Assembly: GCA_024228935.1 (NCBI GenBank)
Contig: JAAESX010000231.1
Location: 32,172 to 56,171, forward strand
Direction of reading: 5' to 3'
DNA length: 24,000 nucleotides
From: Pseudomonadota bacterium
GTDB taxonomy: Bacteria; Myxococcota_A; UBA796; CAJQPC01
The stretch's first letter is position 1, and each line of letters starts with the position of its first letter. This document shows, piece after piece, positions 15,501-22,866 of the stretch. The position numbers and the translations under genes were made by a program. The notes beneath the pieces were generated by a model. It did no database searches. It had not been told where the DNA came from and saw only the letters and a program-made list of their open reading frames with translations.

Positions 15501-17019
15501 TCTTCAGGAGCTTCCGCCAGGTGACGTCCGGGGGCTCGCCCCAGGGGTCGAACTGCGTGTGGCCCGGCTCGGGCAGCCACTCGGGGAGACGGGTGTCCGG
15601 CTCGGGGTCGTCCTCGGCGAGCGTGAACGCCTCGTCCAGGGTCGGGTCGTCGTCCTGAGGGACCTCCTTGGCGATGCCGAGCGCGACCTTCAGCAGGACG
15701 GGGCCGACCATCTCGTTCAGCGCGATGCCTGCGACGGCCATCGTCGCCAGGTCGGCGCCGACCCCACCGAAGCCGGCGATGACGGTCGCCATGGCCAGCG
15801 CGATGCCGGCCTGGGCGCCGAAGCCCAGGAAGCCCCACTTCGCCAGGATCTCGGGTCCCTGACCGACCCGCGTGCCGGCGGCGGTCCCGAGCCACAGCGC
15901 GAGCATGCGGCCGGCGAACAGGACCCCGGCGAACGCGGCGCTCGCCACCAGCCCCTGCAGGTCGAGGTGGGCGCCGGCCAGGAAGAAGAACACGACGTAG
16001 ATCGGCATCGACAGCCGATCGACCGCGGACTTGAGCTGATCGTGTGCGGCCGGCCGGGTGAAGTTCCGGACGACGAAGCCGGCGAACAGGAACGCCAGCA
16101 ACGCATCCACGCCGACCTGGGCGGCCAGGTAGGTGATGCCGAAGCACAGCCCGGTGAGGATCAGCAGGAGCTCGTTGCCGATCCATCGGGTGACCAGCGC
16201 GATGCCGCCGCCCATCGCGCCGCCGAGCACGACCGCGCCGCCGATCTTGATGAGCAGCTCGAGCGCCAGCCCCTGCTCGCTCGGCGGCGCACCGAAGCGA
16301 GGTCCCAGCACGCTGATCGCGGCCGCGAACAGCACGACGACGACCACGTTGTTCAGGACCGAGACACCCAGGACCGTGTCGGTGACCGGCCCTCGCGAGC
16401 GCGTCTCGTGGACGATGGCGATGCTCGCAGCGGGGCTCATCGCGGCGCCGACGACAGCCAGGAGGACCGCCGCGCCGATGCGCACGTCCTGGGGCTGGTC
16501 GACCAGGAAGGGCAGCGCGAACCCATCGATCGGGCCGGAGATCAGCCAGACCAGGCCGCCCAGGATCGAGAGAAGGGCCACGTACTGGAGCGTCAGGACC
16601 GAGCTGAAGAGCCGGGCTCCGCGCCGCAGCGTGCCCAGCTCGAGCGCGCCGCCGGCCGACAGCGCGATGAGCGCCACGGCCAGGTCGTTGAAGAGCGACA
16701 GCTCCTCGACCGTCTCGTGGTCGAGCATCGTCATCCAGTGCGGCGTGTGCAGCACCTCGTGCGCGTGGTGGCCGAGCAGGATGCCGGTGACGAGGTACGC
16801 CGTGATGTGCGGCAGCTTGATGGTCTCGGCGAGCTCGCCAAGGGTGTAGGCGGCCAGGATGATGAAGCCGAACGTCGCCATCGCGACCGGGTTCAGGAGC
16901 CCCTCGTGCGGCGTGTGGACCGCTTGCAGGAAGAGCATCAGGACGAACAGGAGCCCGACGATGAGCGCCTTGGTCAGCCCGTCGCCGAGCGTGATCTTCT
17001 TGTGGCCGCCGCCCGACAT
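12538..17019 (-). CDS. Giant (1,493 aa) fusion: CPA2-type cation/proton-antiporter-like membrane domain + long helical cytoplasmic region + C-terminal degenerate STAND/AAA_16-like NTPase with winged helix
   Basis: Start is ATG 17019-17017 (MSGGGHKKITLGDG), whose A is shared with the trkH TGA. Residues about 1-450 are Na+/H+ exchanger-like (IKLPHITAYLVTGILLG...). The cytoplasmic part starts near nt 15660. NTPase-like block GRELELEALRRVLVGEGAGRSRSVAILGSGEDTRG (13387-13500), VVVVVEGAHWLF (13231-13275) and LELGPLDPDSL. The wHTH-like C-terminus is LTLRQLARQGRIDVS...LGLVRRTRRGRYAL. The 1,921-aa track ORF is an in-frame read-through into trkH. Confidence 0.8.
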   Translation of the reverse strand: MSGGGHKKITLGDGLTKALIVGLLFVLMLFLQAVHTPHEGLLNPVAMATFGFIILAAYTLGELAETIKLPHITAYLVTGILLGHHAHEVLHTPHWMTMLDHETVEELSLFNDLAVALIALSAGGALELGTLRRGARLFSSVLTLQYVALLSILGGLVWLISGPIDGFALPFLVDQPQDVRIGAAVLLAVVGAAMSPAASIAIVHETRSRGPVTDTVLGVSVLNNVVVVVLFAAAISVLGPRFGAPPSEQGLALELLIKIGGAVVLGGAMGGGIALVTRWIGNELLLILTGLCFGITYLAAQVGVDALLAFLFAGFVVRNFTRPAAHDQLKSAVDRLSMPIYVVFFFLAGAHLDLQGLVASAAFAGVLFAGRMLALWLGTAAGTRVGQGPEILAKWGFLGFGAQAGIALAMATVIAGFGGVGADLATMAVAGIALNEMVGPVLLKVALGIAKEVPQDDDPTLDEAFTLAEDDPEPDTRLPEWLPEPGHTQFDPWGEPPDVTWRKLLKTSRNLKGDLQTLTREVRSSTTSARRQTAQQFLGQLRREFLRYHRRLQVKACDPNTTREDMARAVRDSRAQLARTWEDHILDRAASVDFRREADVLQEMLRAIDRLVDALPSATEVPLEDRLVAARPGDGPWLGLNKGLVRAARAIGLGEPMRIVELRPLARFTLSGHAPLHLGELAGLMALSERHLLARTRNVFEVLRKSEDELLAHDDFEPGSWDPLLASLRGELEEEFQLAQREVDRLADETVRVAAAALGRPYKQFNRALAIAGTPELRSRHYRFSKVYQAREEAIRELLEGLGHAHLLTRGVAAGMAMELQLVRLADSARDAVDAHSDTLARDLSGKVVLQLGRIVEALDAAITQLDEDIASDVGPDELEARIRTACTAILHVVDDALSVAETVRAGLRTETAIEPLRNALAGSVDGLTDRFDVAVNPPGLSGRRLPAAPRIEDVAFRELAATYLDAEVGRDLSLLVEELLEQVEVIARGMEELERSLKFNLDLTHTELTVLAQADVVPVAAREILRETLLATLQRLAGRLGQLHAANSELGADAAGRIQDAVFRHIEALHGLLVGGQWDEVRRRLNRGKLARRRRLITGGAESLTDLRDHLGEAVQRAMGPEGYATIRRSLGLPETATAEVGPETFAEVRPAIELPAVFRRLFSDAALEVTDLLEGRELELEALRRVLVGEGAGRSRSVAILGSGEDTRGAAVNALVRGLPAKVARHVLTEPVRDLAEIERIEAKATGGVVVVVEGAHWLFSIEPGGFEALRCFAREVIDDDGNNAFVLSIDPSVWAYADRVVSMRDVFPHRLELGPLDPDSLRRALLGRHRMSGYGLRFAETDAHLGQWLRRATSRGGADERIEEHYFEDLFEATGGLLSDALRLWMASVIEVDTQNDVLVLGDVPAAPLASVRALDDESLLTLRQLARQGRIDVSLHARQFRRDPDHSGADLSRLAHLGLVRRTRRGRYALAGHLAAALRVVLRERGLDG

Positions 17020-18506
17020 CAGCGCCTCCAGAACCCTGGCGTGAGGAGCGCCAGGATGGTGAAGAACTCGAGGCGACCGAGCAGCATGAGCCCGGAGAGG
17101 ACGACCTTGGTCGGGCCGGTGAAGAAGCCGAAGTGGTCCGTCGGACCGACCAGGCCGAAGCCGGGACCGACGTTGCTGACGCAGGCGAGTGACGCCATGA
17201 TCGAGGTGGTCCCGTCGGTCTGCTCGACCAGCGCAACCCAGACGGCGCCGATGGCCACGGTCAGCACGTACAGGCCCATGAAGGCCAGGATGCCGGTCAG
17301 CTGCTGGCTGGAGACGGACGAGCGACCCACGCGCACCGGCTCGACCAGGTGGGGGCGGAACGAGCGCTTGAGCTCGGCCACGGCGGCCTTCACGAGGATG
17401 ATGACCCGGATGAGCTTCATGCCGCCCGCGGTGGAGCCCGAGCAGCCTCCCGTGAAGTAGAGGCCGAGCAGGAGCATGCGCGTCACGCTCGGCCAGGTCT
17501 CGAAGTCGTGCGTCCCGAAGCCTGTCGTCGACATGACCGAGGCGGTCTGGAAGCTGGCGTAGCGCAGCGCGTTGCCGATGCCGTACTGGCTGGCGAGCGC
17601 CAAGGCGCAGACGCCCGTCACGGCGGCCAGGATGGCGACGTAGACCCGGGTCTGGGTGTCCTTCAGCATCACGGTCGGGCCGCGCTTGATGGCCTCGGGG
17701 ATGAGCCCGAAGTTCAGCCCTGCGATGACCATGAACACCAGGATGATCATCTCGACGACCACGTTGTCGAAGTCCGCGACCGAGCCATTCATGGTGGAGA
17801 AGCCGCCGGTCCCGAGCGTGCTGAACGCGTGGGTGATGGCGTCGAATGGGGACAGCCCGGCGAGCCAGAGCGCGCCGGCCTCGAACAGCGTGAAGCCCAG
17901 GTAGACCTTCCACAGCACGCTCGCGCTCTCGCGGATGCGCGGCGAGAGGCCCTTGGTCTTGGGGCCGGGGGCCTCGCCGCGGAACAGGTGCTTGCCACCG
18001 ACGCCGAGCGCGGGGAAGACGGCGACGAAGAGGACGACGATGCCCATCCCGCCCAGCCAGTGACTGAGCATCCGCCAGAAGTGCAGGGCCGGGTTCAGCC
18101 TCTCCTCGATCTCGGGGAGGATGGTCGCGCCGGTCGTGGTGAACCCGCTGGTCGACTCGAAGATGGCATCGGCCAGCGTGAAGTCGGCCCCGATGACGAA
18201 CGGCACGCCGCCGGCCACGCAGAGCGCGACCCAGGAGATGGTGACGACGAGCAAGGCCTCGCGGCGGTCGAGGTCCTCGAGCGAGGCCTCCCGCCCGACC
18301 CACAGCGACATGCCAGCGAAGGCGCCGACCAGGGCTGCGCTCCCCGCCATCTGCAGGGCGCCCTCGGTCGAGCCCATGGCGACGCCCACCAGGCCGGACA
18401 CCGCCATCGCCAACGCGACACCCACCATCAACAGGCCGACGGGCCGTGCCACCTGGGGGACACGGCTCCGCAGCTCGCCGAAGCGCCAGCGCGCGCGGCG
18501 ACTCAT
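17019..18506 (-). CDS. trkH: TrkH-type K+ uptake membrane subunit
   Basis: Pore-loop style motifs SGFTTTGAT, FSTLGTGGFST, MSTTGFGT and GGCSGSTAGGMK. Start is ATG 18506 (MSRRARWRFGE), 16 nt after the trkA stop. The track start at 18617 lies inside trkA. Confidence 0.9.
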   Translation of the reverse strand: MSRRARWRFGELRSRVPQVARPVGLLMVGVALAMAVSGLVGVAMGSTEGALQMAGSAALVGAFAGMSLWVGREASLEDLDRREALLVVTISWVALCVAGGVPFVIGADFTLADAIFESTSGFTTTGATILPEIEERLNPALHFWRMLSHWLGGMGIVVLFVAVFPALGVGGKHLFRGEAPGPKTKGLSPRIRESASVLWKVYLGFTLFEAGALWLAGLSPFDAITHAFSTLGTGGFSTMNGSVADFDNVVVEMIILVFMVIAGLNFGLIPEAIKRGPTVMLKDTQTRVYVAILAAVTGVCALALASQYGIGNALRYASFQTASVMSTTGFGTHDFETWPSVTRMLLLGLYFTGGCSGSTAGGMKLIRVIILVKAAVAELKRSFRPHLVEPVRVGRSSVSSQQLTGILAFMGLYVLTVAIGAVWVALVEQTDGTTSIMASLACVSNVGPGFGLVGPTDHFGFFTGPTKVVLSGLMLLGRLEFFTILALLTPGFWRR

Positions 18507-18522
18507 CGGGTGGGGCCCGGGC

Positions 18523-19866
18523 TCAGAGGACCCTCTTTCGGAACAGGCGCTCGACGGTCGGTCGGGCGGCTGCGGTGGCGATGACCACGACGACGTCGCC
18601 GCCATGGACCTGGTCATTGCCGCGCGGCAGCCGGACGGTGCCCTGGCTGACGATGCAGGCCAGCAGCGCGCCGCGAGGAAGGTTCAGGCGCTTCAGCGGC
18701 GTGTCCACGATGCGGCTGCCATCTCGGGCCACCAGCTCGAGGACCTCGGCCTGGCCGTGCTCGAGCAGGGTCAGCGACTGGACCTCGGACTGCCGGACGT
18801 ACCGCAGGATGTGCTCGCTCGCGACGGTGCGGGGTGACAGCACGATGTCCACACCCAGCTGGCGGTAGATGTCCGCGTAGTCGGGCCGCTGGGCGATGCT
18901 CGCGGCCCGGTCCACGCCGATGCGCTTGGCCAGGAGCGCAGCCATCAGGTTGACCTCGTCGTCCTGGGTCACCGCGGCGAACAGGTCGTAGTTCCCGACC
19001 TGCTCGTCCTCGAGCAGGTGCACGTCGGTGCCGTCGCCGTGGATGACGGTCACGTCGACCAGCTCCTCGGCCAGCTCCTCGGCGGTCTTCCGGTCTCGCT
19101 CGATGAGCATGACCTCGACATCCGATGCGGTCAGCAGGCGAGCCAGCGCCGAGCCGATGACGCCACCGCCGACGATGCAGACGCGAGCGGCTTCCCGGCC
19201 TCCGCCGAACACGTCCTCGACCTCGTCCATGTTCCCGGCGTGCCCGAGCAGGTAGATGCGGTCCCCGGCCAGCAGCACGTCGGCTCCACCCGGCACGAAC
19301 AGCTCGCCCTCACGCACCACCGCGCCGATGAGGGTGTCCGCGGGGAGGCTCAGGTTGGCGAGCGACTTGTGAAGCATCTTGCTGTCGCCGGACAGCTCGA
19401 CCTGGATCATCTCGACGCGGTTGCCGGCCAGCCCCAGGACCTCGAGGGCGCCTCGGCTGCGGGCGATCTTGGCGATCTCCTGGGCCACCAGGATGCGCGG
19501 GTTCATCACGACGTCGATGCCCAGCAGGCCGTACTGGATGCCGATGTCGTCGGCGCTGTAGTGCCCGTGGTGGACGCGAGCGATCGACCGCTTGGCGCCC
19601 AGATTCTTGCCGGCCAGCGCGGCCACCAGGTTGATCTCGTCATCGTTGGTGACGGCGACCAGCAGCTCGGCCCGGTCGACCTGGGCCTCCTTGAGTACGC
19701 GCGGACTGCTGCCGTACCCGACGAGCGTGCCGACATCCTGCTCGTCCTCGATGTCCTCGAGCGACGCGCCATCGCAGTCGATCGCGACGACGTCGTGTCC
19801 ATCGTGCTCGAGCTCCGAGACGACGTGGCGACCGACCTGTCCCATTCCGACGACGACGACGTACAC
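18523..19866 (-). CDS. trkA: TrkA K+ uptake regulatory protein (tandem RCK/KTN domains)
   Basis: 447 aa. Two Rossmann motifs, VVVGMGQVGRHV and CIVGGGVIGSALA, each followed by a TrkA_C-like segment. The start codon is GTG (19866-19864), 1 nt after the upstream TAG. Confidence 0.92.
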   Translation of the reverse strand: MYVVVVGMGQVGRHVVSELEHDGHDVVAIDCDGASLEDIEDEQDVGTLVGYGSSPRVLKEAQVDRAELLVAVTNDDEINLVAALAGKNLGAKRSIARVHHGHYSADDIGIQYGLLGIDVVMNPRILVAQEIAKIARSRGALEVLGLAGNRVEMIQVELSGDSKMLHKSLANLSLPADTLIGAVVREGELFVPGGADVLLAGDRIYLLGHAGNMDEVEDVFGGGREAARVCIVGGGVIGSALARLLTASDVEVMLIERDRKTAEELAEELVDVTVIHGDGTDVHLLEDEQVGNYDLFAAVTQDDEVNLMAALLAKRIGVDRAASIAQRPDYADIYRQLGVDIVLSPRTVASEHILRYVRQSEVQSLTLLEHGQAEVLELVARDGSRIVDTPLKRLNLPRGALLACIVSQGTVRLPRGNDQVHGGDVVVVIATAAARPTVERLFRKRVL

Positions 19867-19867
19867 G

Positions 19868-21142
19868 CTAGCTCCCTTCCGCGGGGGTGATGTCTGCGGG
19901 GCCCAGGTCCCCGGCCGAGTCTCCGGGGATCTCGGCCCGGATGTCGCCCGCGTCGATGAGCAGCCCCTTCAGGAGCCGCGCCGACCAGACCTCGTTCACG
20001 AGGACGCTCGCGAGGATGCACGTCATCACCACGCCCATCAGCGGCTCGTGGGGGTAGACGATGGCCAGGTTCAGGGCCATCGCCACCGCGACCTCGCCCT
20101 GTCCGAGCATGCCGCGACCGACGTCCCGACGGATGCTCGAGCCGGCCGCCAGGGCCGAGAACCAGCCGCTCGCCAGCCGGGCGCCGCCACGGACGAACGC
20201 GTACAGCACCGCGAACAACAGCAACAGGACGGGTTCGGCCTGCCAGGTGGCTCCGGCGAAGATCAGCAGCACGATGTACATCGGGCCGCGGCTCTTCTCG
20301 AGTACGTCGAGCAGGGCCTTGCTGCTGGCGTCCCGCGCGTTGAACAGCATGACGAAGCCGAGCACCAGGTTCACGAGCAGCGGGGACAGCTCGAGGTAGT
20401 GGGCGGCGCCCGACGCGAACACGATGATGCCGACGAGCGACAGGAACTGCCGGTCGGCGTCCTCCTCGCTGCGCAGGAAGAAGCGGAAAAGGCCGCCCAG
20501 CAGGATGCCCAGCAGGATGCTCACGCCGTACCACTCGGGGTGCGTGATGGGCGTGTCCCGCCACGGGTTCGGCGAGGGGTCGCGGAACCAGCAGAACAGG
20601 GCCCCGAAGGCGGCGATGGCCACGAACTCGTCGACCCGGACGGCCTGCGTGAGCGTCCGGGTGGTGTCACCCTCGGCCGAGAATCGGCTCTTGACGAGCT
20701 CGAGCACGGCGGGGGAGGTGGCCATGGCCGCACAGCCCAGCGCGAGCGCGGCCAGCATGCGCTCGGCGGTCTCGACCTGGGGGACCCAGGGCAGCCCCAG
20801 CCCGAGCCAGGTCGCCCCGAAGACGACGCCGAACGTCCCGATGCTGCCGAAGATGGACAGCATGACCGCCCCACGCGACTCCTCGGACAGGAGCCTTCGC
20901 GGCGACAGCGACGCGCCGTACAACAACCCGACCCAGCCGATGGCCAAGGACATCAGAGGCGAGAGTTGTCGAACCGTCTCGGCGTCGATCAGGTCCAGAG
21001 CAGCGGGTCCGACGAGCACCCCCAGCAGCATGTACTCGCTGCCGGTGGTGAAGAGGAAGCGGCCCTGCAACCACTTGACGACGAAGTGGAACAACAGGAA
21101 GGCGGCCGCGGCGACCGCCAGAAGGGCGAGAGCTGTCGTCAT
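19868..21142 (-). CDS. CPA2-family cation/proton antiporter (membrane domain only, no RCK domain)
   Basis: Track ORF of 424 aa, multi-TM. Na+/H+-exchanger-like blocks ATSPAVLELV...AVRVDEFVAIAAF (acidic pair DE at 20627-20632) and MLGQGEVAVAMAL. Confidence 0.8.
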   Translation of the reverse strand: MTTALALLAVAAAAFLLFHFVVKWLQGRFLFTTGSEYMLLGVLVGPAALDLIDAETVRQLSPLMSLAIGWVGLLYGASLSPRRLLSEESRGAVMLSIFGSIGTFGVVFGATWLGLGLPWVPQVETAERMLAALALGCAAMATSPAVLELVKSRFSAEGDTTRTLTQAVRVDEFVAIAAFGALFCWFRDPSPNPWRDTPITHPEWYGVSILLGILLGGLFRFFLRSEEDADRQFLSLVGIIVFASGAAHYLELSPLLVNLVLGFVMLFNARDASSKALLDVLEKSRGPMYIVLLIFAGATWQAEPVLLLLFAVLYAFVRGGARLASGWFSALAAGSSIRRDVGRGMLGQGEVAVAMALNLAIVYPHEPLMGVVMTCILASVLVNEVWSARLLKGLLIDAGDIRAEIPGDSAGDLGPADITPAEGS

Positions 21143-21204
21143 CAGCGTTCAGGTCTTGGGACGTCTCCTTCCGGGGGTTGGTGTTCTGGGAATCGGACGC
21201 GCGG
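21143..21204 (-). promoter_or_regulatory. 62-nt spacer ahead of the ion-flux gene block (possible promoter; none recognised)
   Basis: Second-largest gap in the array. It holds GGAAGGAG about 22 nt from the ATG, too far for a Shine-Dalgarno. No clear -35/-10 or hairpin. Confidence 0.2.
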
Positions 21205-21873
21205 TCAGCCGTTGAAGCAGATCGACGTGTTGTAGGTGTAGTCGGCGGGCGGCCCGGGCACGGACTCGTCTTCCGGGCTGAACGTGCCGCCGGCGTAGCT
21301 GGTGCTGCCCCAGGTCATCGAGTTGCCCTCGCCCAGGTACATGAACGTCAGCATGGCGTTCTCCCAGTTGAGGTTCCCGCTGGGGGAGAGCGTGTCGAAG
21401 AACACCACGAAGTCGACGTTCCAGCTGTCGCCGTAGTCGAAGCCCTTGGCGTCGGGGTGGTCCCACGTCTCGAGGTAGTTCACACCGGGACATCCGTCCT
21501 CGGTCTTCTTCATGCTGCCCATGTAGCCCTCCTCCGCCTCGGTGGCGGAGAGCGACTCGTGGACGGACCGGCTGACGCGGTCGCCGGTGTACCGCATCTC
21601 GTCGATGCAGTCGTCGTCCCAGCCCGGGTCGTCGAAGAACCAGTACCAGGTCTCGGTCATCTCGAAGCTGCCGTCGGCCTCGCTGTGGCCCTCGGCCAGG
21701 ATGTAGGCCACGGTGGCGGTGCCGTCCTCGCAGCCGTCGACCTGCCACAGGCCGTCGAACTCGGGCGGGACGTTCGGATGCGACCCCAGATCGGCGCTGT
21801 CTCCAGCGCTGTCGCCGGTGTTCGAGGGGCCGTCATCCTTGCTGCCGAAGCAGCCGAGCACGAGCCAAAGCAT
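21205..21873 (-). CDS. Very acidic hypothetical exported/lipoprotein-like protein (MLWLVLGC N-terminus)
   Basis: Track ORF of 222 aa. GGAGG (21878-21882) lies 4 nt upstream of the ATG. An in-frame stop at 21895-21897 rules out a longer N-terminus. Asp/Glu/Trp/Gly-rich with four further Cys. No family recognised. Confidence 0.7.
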   Translation of the reverse strand: MLWLVLGCFGSKDDGPSNTGDSAGDSADLGSHPNVPPEFDGLWQVDGCEDGTATVAYILAEGHSEADGSFEMTETWYWFFDDPGWDDDCIDEMRYTGDRVSRSVHESLSATEAEEGYMGSMKKTEDGCPGVNYLETWDHPDAKGFDYGDSWNVDFVVFFDTLSPSGNLNWENAMLTFMYLGEGNSMTWGSTSYAGGTFSPEDESVPGPPADYTYNTSICFNG

Positions 21874-21877
21874 GAAA

Positions 21878-21882
21878 CCTCC
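21878..21882 (-). promoter_or_regulatory. Shine-Dalgarno GGAGG, 4 nt upstream of ATG 21873
   Basis: Minus strand reads ccctGGAGGtttcATG. Confidence 0.6.
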
Positions 21883-21894
21883 AGGGCGAGTGTA

Positions 21895-22866
21895 TCAGCC
21901 GGCCGGGTCCACGTCCGAGGGCCAGTCGATGGCGGTCGAGGCGGTGTACCCCAGGACCTGGCGGGCCCGCGTGCCGTCGAGCACCGAGCAGTAGTGGAAG
22001 CGCCGCCGGTTCATGCCGTAGCTGAAGTCGTGGCCCCTCAGGCGACGTCGCGCCTTGTACCAGGTGCTCGCGACGCTCCCGGGGACGGGGAGCCCGACGC
22101 GGCCCCAGCGGCGGACGGCGGTGGCCAGCGGCAGGGTGTCCTTGCCGGGGATGTTGAACACGCCCTGGACGCCGAAGGCCTTGCCGGCGAGCTCGAGCGA
22201 CCGGACGCAGTCGTCGATCGAGAGCACGTTCATCATCGGGTCGAACCCGAGCGGACGCAGGCACACCGGCGAGTCGAGCCAGTCGAAGATCTGCGAGCCG
22301 GTGCCGGGACCGAGCACCTCGGCACACCGCAGGACCGCGATCTCGAGCGAGGACAGGCCCATTCGCGTGCAGGCGGTCAGGTCGGCCTCGACGCGGTCCC
22401 GGATCCACTGTGGCGAGCCCGGGCTCATGTTCAGCGGGTGGTTCTCCTGGATCAGGATCGGGAGGTCGGCCTGCACCTGGTAGACGTCGGCGTCGCTCTT
22501 GAAGACCAGTCGCCGGATGCTGGGATGACGCTCGCCCAGGTCCAGGAGCGTCCGCAGCGCGTCCACGTTCTGGGCCCGCACCCGGCCGCCGGTGTGGCGG
22601 GCGTCCCGGTGCATGGCCGTGTGGATCACGACCTCGACCCCGAGCTCCTTGGCGATGCCGAACAGCAGCTCGTGGGCTCGCCGGCTTCGACCGAGGTCGA
22701 CCTTCCTGTAGACGAGCTTCTCGTGCTCGAAGGGGAGCCGCTCGTCGGGGTAGGCGACGGCGAGGACGCTCTCGACGTCTTCGTCGGCCAGCAGGCGGCG
22801 GACGAGCCGCTCGCCGATGGGGGTCGAGGCGCCCGTCACGAGGACACCTTGGATGCGCATCCTCAT
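21895..22866 (-). CDS. NAD(P)-binding epimerase/dehydratase-like (extended SDR fold), apparently atypical: no YxxxK
   Basis: MRMRIQGVLVTGASTPIGERLVRRLL is a Rossmann TGxxxxIG motif, followed by VVIHTA. ATG 22866 overlaps the upstream TGA (22863-22865). Where SPYxxSK is expected, the sequence reads GSPQWIRDRVEAD. The 617-aa track ORF is over-extended. Confidence 0.78.
   Translation of the reverse strand: MRMRIQGVLVTGASTPIGERLVRRLLADEDVESVLAVAYPDERLPFEHEKLVYRKVDLGRSRRAHELLFGIAKELGVEVVIHTAMHRDARHTGGRVRAQNVDALRTLLDLGERHPSIRRLVFKSDADVYQVQADLPILIQENHPLNMSPGSPQWIRDRVEADLTACTRMGLSSLEIAVLRCAEVLGPGTGSQIFDWLDSPVCLRPLGFDPMMNVLSIDDCVRSLELAGKAFGVQGVFNIPGKDTLPLATAVRRWGRVGLPVPGSVASTWYKARRRLRGHDFSYGMNRRRFHYCSVLDGTRARQVLGYTASTAIDWPSDVDPAG

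Noticed and set aside
12538-18303. 1,921-aa minus-strand track ORF
   Set aside because: Its first 428 residues are Arg/Gly/Pro-rich nonsense read out of frame across trkH. The real protein starts at ATG 17019 (MSGGGHKK...), where trkH ends.
17019-18617. 532-aa version of TrkH starting at 18617
   Set aside because: That start lies 95 nt inside trkA and adds Ser/Pro-rich sequence. ATG 18506, after the trkA stop, gives a normal TrkH N-terminus.
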